NCBI GenBank assembly: GCA_023663385.1 | Contig: JAMPHO010000004.1 | Coordinates: forward strand, 14,053 to 78,052 | From: Alistipes timonensis | Lineage (GTDB): Bacteria; Bacteroidota; Bacteroidia; Bacteroidales; Muribaculaceae | Reading direction: 5' to 3' | Length of the DNA stretch: 64,000 nucleotides | Part shown: positions 53,958 to 62,621 of the stretch, piece by piece | Layout: the number at the start of each line of letters is the position of its first letter | How positions within the stretch are numbered: position 1 is the stretch's first letter | Notes under the pieces: generated by a model | The model's input: the letters and a program-made list of their open reading frames with translations, nothing else | What the model was told of the DNA's origin: nothing | Databases searched by the model: none | Translations under genes and position numbers: made by a program

Positions 53958-54236
53958 CTACTTATCGCCGTAGTGGCCTTTAAGCGATACTACTGAGACA
54001 ACGACAGCTTCGTCTTCAATCGCATAAATCATTCGTGAGCCCTTATCAATCCGTCGGCTCCAATATCCCGCCAAATCCCCTTTAAGCTGCTCTACCTGGC
54101 CCGTACCGTAAGTCGGATGTTCACGGAGTTCGGCAAACAGCCCAACAATCTTTTTGAGGATTTTCTTCTGCCCGGATTTTTGCCACTCTTTCAGATGCTT
54201 TTCAGCCTCCGGCAGCAATATCAGCTCATAAGTCAT
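53958..54236 (-). CDS. Type II toxin, YoeB/Txe family
   Basis: 92 aa. GYWSRRIDKGSRMIY and a C-terminal GHYGDK. 4-nt ATGA overlap with the upstream small gene. Confidence 0.85.
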   Translation of the reverse strand: MTYELILLPEAEKHLKEWQKSGQKKILKKIVGLFAELREHPTYGTGQVEQLKGDLAGYWSRRIDKGSRMIYAIEDEAVVVSVVSLKGHYGDK

Positions 54237-54532
54237 ACGCCCAGCATAGCCTTGATTTCATCCATTGTGTAGGCACGGCCTTTGCCCGCTTTTTTTTCAG
54301 CGATGCCGCGTTTGACCGATTCCATATTCTCCGCGTCGTCAAACCACTTGTCACCGGAAGGCGATGGATTCTCCTTCACTTCAACCGCGATGGAATCCGC
54401 CTTGGAAATCAGTATCGTTTCGATGTAGTTCTTCAAGCTCTTACCCTGCGCCACCGCCATTATCGACAGTTTACGCAGCGTCTCAACTGGAAGGTCGATA
54501 TTCTTACGCTTTACATTTACCGCTGTTGCCAT
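54233..54532 (-). CDS. Putative antitoxin cognate to the YoeB-like toxin
   Basis: 99 aa. Position and overlap are typical of a type II TA pair. The N-terminal segment (LPVETLRKLSIMAVAQGKSLKNYIE) looks like an RHH/DNA-binding fold. Confidence 0.7.
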   Translation of the reverse strand: MATAVNVKRKNIDLPVETLRKLSIMAVAQGKSLKNYIETILISKADSIAVEVKENPSPSGDKWFDDAENMESVKRGIAEKKAGKGRAYTMDEIKAMLGV

Positions 54533-54540
54533 AGTCTTTA

Positions 54541-54574
54541 TTATATTTCCCGATTATATTTCCCGACAAAGATA
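54541..54574 (-). promoter_or_regulatory. TA promoter -7 box TATCTTTG followed by two 13-nt direct repeats (candidate operator)
   Basis: On the minus strand, TATCTTTG (54567-54574) is followed immediately by TCGGGAAATATAA x2 (54541-54566), ending 8 nt before the antitoxin ATG. An imperfect palindrome centred on GTATAC lies just upstream. Confidence 0.55.
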
Positions 54575-54628
54575 TATAATGTATACAATATATACAACAA
54601 CGGAGAGGACAAAGTTTCCCGCGGAGAG

Positions 54629-57010
54629 CTATTTGGCTTTCAGAATCGAGTTTTCGAGTTGGGTTTCGGCGGGTTTCAAGGCGTCCTTTTTGATTTTTTT
54701 GCCGAAGTCGAAGCTGTAGGCGACCTTGACGAAGCCGTGGCGGCTCGCCGTACGCGACACGAGCGTGTTGGCGTAGTTGTAGACGGGATTATAGGTGACG
54801 AACCTGTAGCTCGCGTTCTTGGTGAACGGCGCCTCCGTGCCCGCCTCAAAGCGCCAATGGCTCAGCGCGTAGGATACCGACAGGCCGTACTTCCACGGGG
54901 TGGAAACTTTGGCCAGGTCCATCCCCATGGCGTTCTGAGGGGTCGACACCCAGAGATTGGCGCCGAAATTGCCGATGTAGTACGAGCCGTTGAACTTCCC
55001 TTCCCAGCTTCCGACACTCGCGTCCTGGTAGCCGCGGTAGGCGTACAGGTTGTAGCCGCCGCTCAGTTGCAGACTCAGGGCCTTGAGTGGGCGGTATGTC
55101 AGCGATAGGTTGGTGTTCAGATAGTGGGAGTTCTCGTCGGTGCGCCAGCTCTCCACAATCCTGTCGGCCTCGGCCACATAGCAGCTTACCGGCAACTTGT
55201 GGTTGAACTGGTACTGGGCCATGGCCTGTATGCCGACGCGCTGGGAATTGTAGCCGTACACCACCAACGCCTGATAGAGCTTGGTGTTGTCGATGTCTGG
55301 GTTACCCTTTATGATGTGCAGGGAGTTGACGGCCTGCTCGGCGGTCGACAGGCTCGCGAGGCTCGGGAAGGAGTTGCCGATGTTGCACGACAACATCAGG
55401 AACTGGCGGTCGGCAATAGCCGACGTCAACCTGAGGTTGAGGCGCGGCGCGAAGAGGTTAATCTGATCCCTCCCCCGCTGCCTATACTGCAAGGCCGACA
55501 CGCCGGGGCGCAGCATCAGCCTCGTGCGTTTCCCTATCGGCTGGTCATATTGCACGAACAGCAACTCCTCGTTGCTCCACAGCGCCGAGTTGGAAACATT
55601 CGTGCCGCGGTAGTCGGCGCGGCTATCCTTGAAGAGGTCTATAAGTTTGACCGCTATCGAGTTGCCCCGCTTGAAGGTTTTGCCGTAGGCCAGCGTTACA
55701 TCGGCGTCCCACCGATGCTCCACCGAGCTGTTGTCGATGCGGGATTCCCCGCTCCCGACCCACCGCTCGGTAAGGTCGTAGGAATAGTCGTTCCTCGTAT
55801 ACGCTCCCTGCGCCGTGAACTCGAAAAACTGGTGCGCCGGGAGATTGAACCGCGTGTGGAGTTTCGCGCTCCCTTTCTGCCCGCGGCTCGCGGTCTCACC
55901 GCGCCTTTCGGAGAGCGCCCGCGCGTCGTAGCCGTAAGTATAGTCTATGTTCTCGGTCGAACGGCTGAAAGGCGTGTTGTCGCGGTTGTAAGCGGCTGAG
56001 GCCTGGATCACGCGCTTCTTGTTGGCGTTGGTGACATCGACCTGCGCATAAGCCTTGTCGTTCCTCACGCGGCCCGACGCCGTGCGTGACCGCTGCCTCA
56101 CCACAGCGTTGCCAAGGTTGTACCGAGCGTCACCGTCCGTGCGGTCCGTGTCATGCTCGCCCAGGGCGTAACCGCCGTAGACCTGCCACGTCGTGTTCTT
56201 GCGCGAGATTCTTCCGGCGAGGTTGTACGCGCCGTCGAGAAAGCCGATTTTCTGCTCGCCGTTGACCTCCGCGTACCCACCTGTCTCGTATTTGCGCACG
56301 ATGAAGTTCACCACGGCGTTTTCCCCGACGTACTGCCCCGTTGGCGCGTCGTAATACTCCACCCTCAGCACGTCCTTGGAGCGGATAGCCCTCACTTCGC
56401 GGGCCGTAGCCTTGATGCCGTTTATGTAGAGGGTCGCGTTGCCAAACAGGGCCGAAACCTCGCCCGTCGCCTTGTCGACCGTCACTCCGGGTATCTTAAG
56501 GCTGTTGAGCAGGTCGTAACCACCGAAGGCGTGGCGCTTCTCCTCGGCGCCGGGTATCGCGACTATGTGCCCCTTCTCGCTCCTTATCACCGGCTCACCC
56601 TCGACCACTACCTCGCCCAAGGCGTAGGAGGCATCCCTCATAACCATATCAACCGTTAGGCTTTCATTGCCGGAGAATGACACCTCGGCGATAGCGGGCT
56701 CGAAGCCCAAGGACGAAAAACCTACAAATCCGGCATTCTCCTCTATGCCCGTAAGCTCATACCGACCCACTGAGTCGGTAACCGCGGATTTGACGAAACT
56801 CGAATCAGCCTTCAAAAACCTCACGGCCACGAATTCAAGCGGCTGGTTGCGCGAGTCTCTCACATAACCATTCAGTGAGTTTCGCGCGAAGCAATCCCCG
56901 CTGACAATCAGCAAGAGCGCCGCGGCCATCAGCTTATACAAACTCGCCACAGCAAAACTTTTGGCGCTAATTTCACACATATGGGGGGGGTAGTGGTTCC
57001 TATCTTGCAC
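54629..57010 (-). CDS. Outer membrane beta-barrel / TonB-dependent-receptor-like protein with a CarboxypepD_reg domain
   Basis: 793-aa ORF. LNGYVRDSRNQPLEFVAVRF..DSVGRYEL (CarboxypepD_reg), a plug-like region, and a barrel rich in Y/N/S-alternating strands. The true start is probably the ATG at 56980 or 56929, because a -7 box sits only 11 nt upstream of 57010. Confidence 0.75.
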   Translation of the reverse strand: MQDRNHYPPHMCEISAKSFAVASLYKLMAAALLLIVSGDCFARNSLNGYVRDSRNQPLEFVAVRFLKADSSFVKSAVTDSVGRYELTGIEENAGFVGFSSLGFEPAIAEVSFSGNESLTVDMVMRDASYALGEVVVEGEPVIRSEKGHIVAIPGAEEKRHAFGGYDLLNSLKIPGVTVDKATGEVSALFGNATLYINGIKATAREVRAIRSKDVLRVEYYDAPTGQYVGENAVVNFIVRKYETGGYAEVNGEQKIGFLDGAYNLAGRISRKNTTWQVYGGYALGEHDTDRTDGDARYNLGNAVVRQRSRTASGRVRNDKAYAQVDVTNANKKRVIQASAAYNRDNTPFSRSTENIDYTYGYDARALSERRGETASRGQKGSAKLHTRFNLPAHQFFEFTAQGAYTRNDYSYDLTERWVGSGESRIDNSSVEHRWDADVTLAYGKTFKRGNSIAVKLIDLFKDSRADYRGTNVSNSALWSNEELLFVQYDQPIGKRTRLMLRPGVSALQYRQRGRDQINLFAPRLNLRLTSAIADRQFLMLSCNIGNSFPSLASLSTAEQAVNSLHIIKGNPDIDNTKLYQALVVYGYNSQRVGIQAMAQYQFNHKLPVSCYVAEADRIVESWRTDENSHYLNTNLSLTYRPLKALSLQLSGGYNLYAYRGYQDASVGSWEGKFNGSYYIGNFGANLWVSTPQNAMGMDLAKVSTPWKYGLSVSYALSHWRFEAGTEAPFTKNASYRFVTYNPVYNYANTLVSRTASRHGFVKVAYSFDFGKKIKKDALKPAETQLENSILKAK

Positions 57011-57020
57011 ATAACATCGG

Positions 57021-57028
57021 CGAAGTTA
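57021..57028 (-). promoter_or_regulatory. -7 box TAACTTCG for the outer membrane barrel gene
   Basis: Minus-strand gcTAACTTCGCCGat. Confidence 0.45.
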
Positions 57029-57148
57029 GCGATTAATCCGTCGAAATCAAAGCGATTTGTCGATATTTTGTCGACATCCGGAAGGGGGCGGTGGGGGAAA
57101 AACGGGGGGCGGGGCGACATTTTTTTGCGATTCAGAGCGGAAAACGCT

Positions 57149-57156
57149 AATTTTGC
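57149..57156 (+). promoter_or_regulatory. -7 box TAATTTTG for nadB
   Basis: Exact TAnnTTTG, 118 nt upstream of the ATG at 57274. Confidence 0.45.
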
Positions 57157-57273
57157 ATCTGCGAGCCTGTCCAAAATTATTTCGACATCTCTGTTCGTCA
57201 GATTTTGAGATTTTTGGGCGCGCTCCGGCCCGGCTCCCCCTCCGGGGGCCACCCTCGTGAACATATCGAAGCA

Positions 57274-58866
57274 ATGACCAGGGAATACGACTATTTAGTG
57301 ATCGGCAGCGGCATCGCCGGAATGAGCTTCGCCCTGAAGGTGGCTCACGCCGGAAGGGTCGCGCTTGTGTGCAAAACCAAGCTCGAAGAGGCCAACACGG
57401 CCCTCGCCCAGGGGGGCGTGGCCTCGGTTACGAACCTCGAAGTCGACGATTTCGAAAAGCATATCCGCGACACCATGGTGGCGGGCGACTGGCTCTCCGA
57501 CCCGGAGGCCGTGAGGAAGGTGGTCACCGGGGCCCCCGGACAGATACGCCAGCTCCTTGAGTGGGGCGTGAACTTCGACCGCCGCCCCGACGGCTCATTC
57601 GACCTCCACCGCGAGGGGGGCCACTCGGAATTCCGCATCCTCCACCACGCCGACAATACCGGCTTCGAGATACAGCGGGGCCTCATCGAGGCGGTGAAGG
57701 CCAACCCGAACATCGACATCTACGAGGACCACTTCGCGATCGAAATCATCACCCAGCACCACCTTGGGAAGGTAGTGACGCGCCGCACCCCCGACATCAC
57801 CTGCTACGGAGCCTACGTCCTCGCCCCCGACGGGCGGGTCGACAAGTTCCTGGCCCGCGTGACCCTGATGGCCACCGGCGGCGTCGGGGCCGTTTACCAG
57901 ACCACCACCAACCCGCTTGTGGCCACCGGCGACGGCATCGCGATGGTGTACCGCGCAAAGGGCACCGTGAAGGATATGGAGTTCATCCAGTTCCACCCGA
58001 CGGCCCTTTTCCACCCCGGCGACCGCCCCAGCTTCCTCATCACGGAGGCCATGCGCGGCTACGGCGGCATACTGCGCAACCTGGCGGGTGAGCGCTTCAT
58101 GGAGCGCTACGACCCGGAGCGCATGGAGCTGGCCCCGCGCGACGTGGTGGCCCGCGCGATCGACTCCGAGATGAAGCAGCGCGGCGAGGACCATGTGTTC
58201 CTCGACGTGACCCACAAGGACCCCGAGGAGACCCGCCGACACTTCCCCAACATCTACGCCCACTGCCTGGAGCTCGGCATCGACATCACCAAGGAGCCGA
58301 TACCCGTGGCCCCGGCGGCCCACTATCTCTGCGGCGGCATCAGCGTCGACCAGAACGCCGAGTCGTCGATCAAGCGGCTCTACGCCGTCGGCGAGTGCTC
58401 GCGCACCGGGCTCCACGGCGGCAACCGCCTGGCCTCCAACTCGCTGATCGAGGCGGTGGTCTACGCCGACGCCGCGGCGCGCCACGCCGTTGAGAACGCG
58501 CCCCACTACGAGCTCCGCTCCGACATACCCGACTGGAACGACGAGGGCACGCGTCACCCCGAGGAGATGGTGCTCATAACCCAGAGCATCCGCGAGGTGA
58601 ACCAGATCATGGGCACCTACGTCGGCATCGTGCGCTCCGACCTGCGCCTCGACCGCGCATGGAACCGCCTCGACATCCTCTACGAGGAGACCGAGCGCCT
58701 GTTCAAGTCGTCGACCGCCTCGCGGCAGATTTGCGAGCTGCGCAACATCATCAACGTCGGCTACCTCATCATGCGCCAGGCTAAGGAGCGCAAGGAGTCG
58801 CGCGGACTGCACTACACCATCGACTACCCCCCGACCGACCACACTCCCCCCTCGGCCGCGAAATAA
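57274..58866 (+). CDS. nadB: L-aspartate oxidase
   Basis: Track ORF trimmed to MTREYDYLVIGSGIAGMSFA (FAD dinucleotide fold). Flavoprotein blocks HPTAL..FLITEAMRGYGG and LYAVGECSRTGLHGGNRLASNSL. Confidence 0.92.
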   Translation: MTREYDYLVIGSGIAGMSFALKVAHAGRVALVCKTKLEEANTALAQGGVASVTNLEVDDFEKHIRDTMVAGDWLSDPEAVRKVVTGAPGQIRQLLEWGVNFDRRPDGSFDLHREGGHSEFRILHHADNTGFEIQRGLIEAVKANPNIDIYEDHFAIEIITQHHLGKVVTRRTPDITCYGAYVLAPDGRVDKFLARVTLMATGGVGAVYQTTTNPLVATGDGIAMVYRAKGTVKDMEFIQFHPTALFHPGDRPSFLITEAMRGYGGILRNLAGERFMERYDPERMELAPRDVVARAIDSEMKQRGEDHVFLDVTHKDPEETRRHFPNIYAHCLELGIDITKEPIPVAPAAHYLCGGISVDQNAESSIKRLYAVGECSRTGLHGGNRLASNSLIEAVVYADAAARHAVENAPHYELRSDIPDWNDEGTRHPEEMVLITQSIREVNQIMGTYVGIVRSDLRLDRAWNRLDILYEETERLFKSSTASRQICELRNIINVGYLIMRQAKERKESRGLHYTIDYPPTDHTPPSAAK

Positions 58867-58939
58867 AACACCCGCTTTCTCCGTTTTCCATATATAACGC
58901 TTATATACAGCCCCGAAAAAAGAAAAAACTCTCTCCAGA

Positions 58940-59602
58940 TTGCGAAACCTATCGATCCGACATATTCTGCTATCGCTCGCTTTCCTTGTCGCTGCCGCCG
59001 GAGCCTCCGGGGCCGACTTCCAGGAGCTTGAGGCGCAGACACCCTCAATCGACAACCCCGGAAGCGGCCGCAAGCCCGTGTACCGAGGGAAGTACCACAC
59101 GGTAACCCCGGAGGGGGACACCGTGCTCGTGGTGATTTTCAACGACATCACCGTTTTCCCGAAGCTCCGCTTCAAGAACCGCAAGCAGGAGGAATTCTAC
59201 TGGCGCACCGTGCGCGACGTGAAAAAGGCGCTCCCCTACGCCAAACTCATCAGCGCGACGCTCCTGGAAACCTACGAGTACCTCGAAACCTTCCCCACCC
59301 AGAAGGAGCGCGAGGCGTATCTCAAGGAGATGGAGGGCGCGATTTTCCGCCAGTACAAGCCCGCCCTGAAGCGCTTCACCAAGGGGCAGGCCCGGATGCT
59401 GGTGAAGCTGATCCAGAGGGAGACCAACCAGAGCGGCTACGACATCGTGAAAGCCTTCTTAGGCTCGTTCCGTGCAAGCTTCTGGCAAGGGTTCGGCAAG
59501 CTGTTCGGCGTGAGCCTCAAAGGGGAATACCGCCCCGAGAAAAACGCCGACGACGCCATTATCGAACGCGTGTGCGTCGGAGTAGAGCAGGGTGAACTAT
59601 GA
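58940..59602 (+). CDS. DUF4294-like secreted protein
   Basis: 220 aa with a TTG start. Signal peptide ILLSLAFLVAAAGASGA. The block ..RFKNRKQEEFYWRTVRDVKKALPYAKL.. matches my recollection of DUF4294. Confidence 0.6.
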   Translation: MRNLSIRHILLSLAFLVAAAGASGADFQELEAQTPSIDNPGSGRKPVYRGKYHTVTPEGDTVLVVIFNDITVFPKLRFKNRKQEEFYWRTVRDVKKALPYAKLISATLLETYEYLETFPTQKEREAYLKEMEGAIFRQYKPALKRFTKGQARMLVKLIQRETNQSGYDIVKAFLGSFRASFWQGFGKLFGVSLKGEYRPEKNADDAIIERVCVGVEQGEL

Positions 59603-59636
59603 CACTTGAAAGAATCAAACTCAACAACATAAACCA

Positions 59637-60980
59637 ATGAATACCATCGAAGTAAACGTTAAAGACACACTCAGCGCCGTTTCCGCCGAGCAGATCAAGG
59701 CCCTCAACCCCGCAGCCGAAAAGGCTATGAAGATGCTCGCCGACGGCACCGGCGCCGGCGCCGACTTCCTCGGATGGGTCAACCTCCCCTCCGAAATCAC
59801 CGACGCCCATCTGGCCGACATCGAAGAGGCCGCCAAGAACCTCCGCGAAAACTGCGACTACGTCGTGGCCATCGGCATCGGCGGCTCCTACCTGGGCGCC
59901 AAGGCCGTGATCGAGGGTCTCAGCGACTCCTTCTCCCAGCTCCGCCCCGAAGGTGACGCCCGCCGCTGCCGCGTGATTTTCGCCGGACAGAACATCGGCG
60001 AGGACTATCTCTACGAACTCCAGGACCTCCTCAAAGGGCATAAGTTCGGCATCATCGTGATTTCCAAGTCGGGCACCACCACCGAGCCCGCCATCGCCTT
60101 CCGCCTCCTCAAGGAGCAGCTCGAAAGCCAGCTCGGCAAGGCCGAAGCCTCGAAGCGTATCGTGGCCATCACCGACGCCGCCCGCGGCGCCCTGCGCCAG
60201 CTCGCCACCGAAGAGGGCTACAAGACATTCGTCATCCCCGACAACGTTGGTGGCCGCTTCTCGGTGCTCACCCCCGTGGGTCTCCTCCCCATCGCCGTGG
60301 CCGGGTTCGACATCCGCGCCCTCGTGGCCGGCGCCCGCCGCATGCAGGCAGCTACCGCCGAAGGTGTCGAGAACAACCCCGCCGCCCTCTACGCCACCAC
60401 CCGCAACGCCCTCTACGGCGCCGGCAAGAAGATCGAGATTCTCGTGAACTACAACCCCAAGCTCCACTTCCTTGCCGAATGGTGGAAGCAGCTCTACGGC
60501 GAGTCGGAGGGTAAGGACGGCAAGGGCATATTCCCCGCGTCGGTCGACTTCACCACCGACCTCCACTCCATGGGCCAGTGGATCCAGGAAGGCGAGCGCA
60601 CCATCTTCGAAACCGTGCTCTCCGTTGAATCTACCGCCCACAAGACCGTCATCCCCACCGACGAAGCCAACCTCGACGGCCTCAACTTCCTGGCCGGCAA
60701 GCGCGTCGATGAGGTGAACAAGATGGCCGAGCTCGGCACCCGCCTGGCCCACGTCGACGGCGGTGTACCCAACATCCGCATCACCGTGCCCGCCCTCACC
60801 GAGGAGTACTTCGGCGAGCTGATTTACTTCTTCGAGAAGGCCTGCGGCATCTCTGGCTACATCCTCGACGTGAACCCCTTCAACCAGCCCGGCGTGGAGG
60901 CTTACAAGCGCAATATGTTCGCCCTCCTCGACAAGCCCGGCTACGAGGAAGCTTCCGCCGCCATCAAGGCCCGCCTCTGA
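59637..60980 (+). CDS. pgi: Glucose-6-phosphate isomerase
   Basis: 447 aa. [13 protein letters not shown] and [10 protein letters not shown] signatures. Confidence 0.93.
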   Translation: MNTIEVNVKDTLSAVSAEQIKALNPAAEKAMKMLADGTGAGADFLGWVNLPSEITDAHLADIEEAAKNLRENCDYVVAIGIGGSYLGAKAVIEGLSDSFSQLRPEGDARRCRVIFAGQNIGEDYLYELQDLLKGHKFGIIVISKSGTTTEPAIAFRLLKEQLESQLGKAEASKRIVAITDAARGALRQLATEEGYKTFVIPDNVGGRFSVLTPVGLLPIAVAGFDIRALVAGARRMQAATAEGVENNPAALYATTRNALYGAGKKIEILVNYNPKLHFLAEWWKQLYGESEGKDGKGIFPASVDFTTDLHSMGQWIQEGERTIFETVLSVESTAHKTVIPTDEANLDGLNFLAGKRVDEVNKMAELGTRLAHVDGGVPNIRITVPALTEEYFGELIYFFEKACGISGYILDVNPFNQPGVEAYKRNMFALLDKPGYEEASAAIKARL

Positions 60981-61006
60981 TTCCCGATTGACCCCATAAC
61001 ACATAG

Positions 61007-61052
61007 AACGCCTCACCTTCAGCGGCAAATAGCCGCGGTTGGTGAGGCGTTC
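61007..61052. terminator. Hairpin after pgi (12-bp stem)
   Basis: gaacgcctcacc / ggtgaggcgttc with a 22-nt loop that carries a nested small hairpin. Confidence 0.5.
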
Positions 61053-61098
61053 GTATGTTAAGTAACTGGCGAAATTATTTTGAACAGTTAGTTATAAA

Positions 61099-61163
61099 GC
61101 AAGGTCGGAGATTTCTCGCGAATGAAGCCCCGGTCGCAAGTTATGCGAAATCTCCGACCTTGC
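61099..61163. repeat. Long inverted repeat (17-19-bp arms, ~29-nt loop) between convergent pgi and helicase genes
   Basis: gcaaggtcggagatttc(t)cgc ... gcgaaatctccgaccttgc. Confidence 0.8.
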
Positions 61164-61186
61164 GGAATTGTTGCCGCGCTATGCCC

Positions 61187-62602
61187 CTACTCCGTGATGG
61201 GGATGGTGGGGTTTATGAGGTAGAGCCTGCGTGTGGCGCGGGTAACGGCGGTGTAGAGCCAGCGGTGGAGGTCGAGGGTGCGGTAGGCGTCGGCTGGTAT
61301 GTAGCCCATGTCGATGAATACTGAATCCCACTGGCCACCCTGGGCCTTATGGCAGGTGACGGCGTAGGCATACTTCACCTGCAAAGCGTTGTAGTACGGG
61401 TCCTTGCGGAGCGTGTCGCGCTGCGCCGCGGCTGAAGCGTCCAACCGGCCGTCGTCGGCCAGCGCCCGGGTGGCGATGGTCTGGAGCTTCTCGCGGCCGA
61501 GCGCCGCCTGGTCGGAGGTGAGGCAGTCGAGCGAGAGCTTGGCGTCGATCGTGAACCCCTTTTCGGGGAGGTTCAGCTCGACGTTGGCGAAGAGGCACCC
61601 GTCGCGCTCCTCGGTGCCGTAGATTTTCTCGACCACGGCCACCTCGCCGTTGGCGATAAAGTCGATCTGCGCGTGGCCGCGGGTCCAGTAATAGTTGTTT
61701 TTGGCGATCATGAGGCGCTCGCCCGGGGCGAGCATCTCCTCGTGCTCGTAGATAATGCCGCGTATGGCGAGGTTGAAGTCGACCGCCCGGCGGTTCGAGC
61801 GGGTCACCAACAGCACCTGGTCGGCCCCCACCTCGCGGAGAGCGTCCTCAAGCACCTCCTGGAGCGATTCCGGCTCGACGACGGCGACGTCGTCGAACCC
61901 ACGGGTACGCAGCGAGGGCACCGGGATCGGCACCTCCTGCATGGAGCGGCGCAGGGCGGTCGCGTTGTACAGGATGCCCGAGCGAGCCTTCTGACGCACG
62001 GTGCGCGTCATCGTGGCGCGGGTAACGCTGATTCCCAGCCGCTTGTAAGCCTCGGGAGTCATGGCGGGCGACTCCTCGAACCCCACCGGGGGGAGCTGGG
62101 CGGTGTCACCAACGAGAATCAGGCGGCAGTTGATGCCCGAGAACACATACATCAGCAGGTCTTGGAGCAGGCTGGAGCGCCCGGGACCCTCGTCGTCGCC
62201 TATCATGGATGCCTCGTCGACGATGAACACCGTGTTGCGGTGAGGGTTGTGCTTGACGGAAGCGTGAACGCGCCCGTCGGGGGAAACCGCGGGCGCGTTG
62301 TAGACGTATCGGTGTATGGTGAACGCGGGCTGGCCGGTGAACGACGACAGCACTTTGGCGGCGCGGCCGGTGGAGGCCAGCAGCACGGTGGGCATGGCCA
62401 CGGCGCGGAGCGAGCGCACCAGGGCGCCCATCACCGAGGTCTTGCCGGTGCCGGCGTAGCCGTTGAGGATAAACACCCGGTCCTGCCCGGCGGTATAGGC
62501 CGAGCAGTAGCGCGAGAGAGCCGCCACCAGCTTGATTTGCTGGTCGGTAGGCTCAAACGGCAGATTACCGAGCATCAGCTCGCCGAATCCCTGCAGGTCC
62601 AT
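61187..62602 (-). CDS. SF1 RecD/TraA-like ATP-dependent DNA helicase
   Basis: 471 aa. Walker A GYAGTGKTS, Walker B VFIVDEASM, and a C-terminal AYAVTCHKAQGGQW block. Confidence 0.8.
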   Translation of the reverse strand: MDLQGFGELMLGNLPFEPTDQQIKLVAALSRYCSAYTAGQDRVFILNGYAGTGKTSVMGALVRSLRAVAMPTVLLASTGRAAKVLSSFTGQPAFTIHRYVYNAPAVSPDGRVHASVKHNPHRNTVFIVDEASMIGDDEGPGRSSLLQDLLMYVFSGINCRLILVGDTAQLPPVGFEESPAMTPEAYKRLGISVTRATMTRTVRQKARSGILYNATALRRSMQEVPIPVPSLRTRGFDDVAVVEPESLQEVLEDALREVGADQVLLVTRSNRRAVDFNLAIRGIIYEHEEMLAPGERLMIAKNNYYWTRGHAQIDFIANGEVAVVEKIYGTEERDGCLFANVELNLPEKGFTIDAKLSLDCLTSDQAALGREKLQTIATRALADDGRLDASAAAQRDTLRKDPYYNALQVKYAYAVTCHKAQGGQWDSVFIDMGYIPADAYRTLDLHRWLYTAVTRATRRLYLINPTIPITE

Positions 62603-62621
62603 AGCCCGGAGCCGCCTCGGT

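Noticed and set aside
61187-62602. The RecD-like helicase as part of a defence or mobile element.
   Set aside because: It is a single gene between pgi and cysS, with no nuclease, methylase, integrase or relaxase partner. Its composition is the same as the flanks. It is more likely a conserved SF1 helicase.
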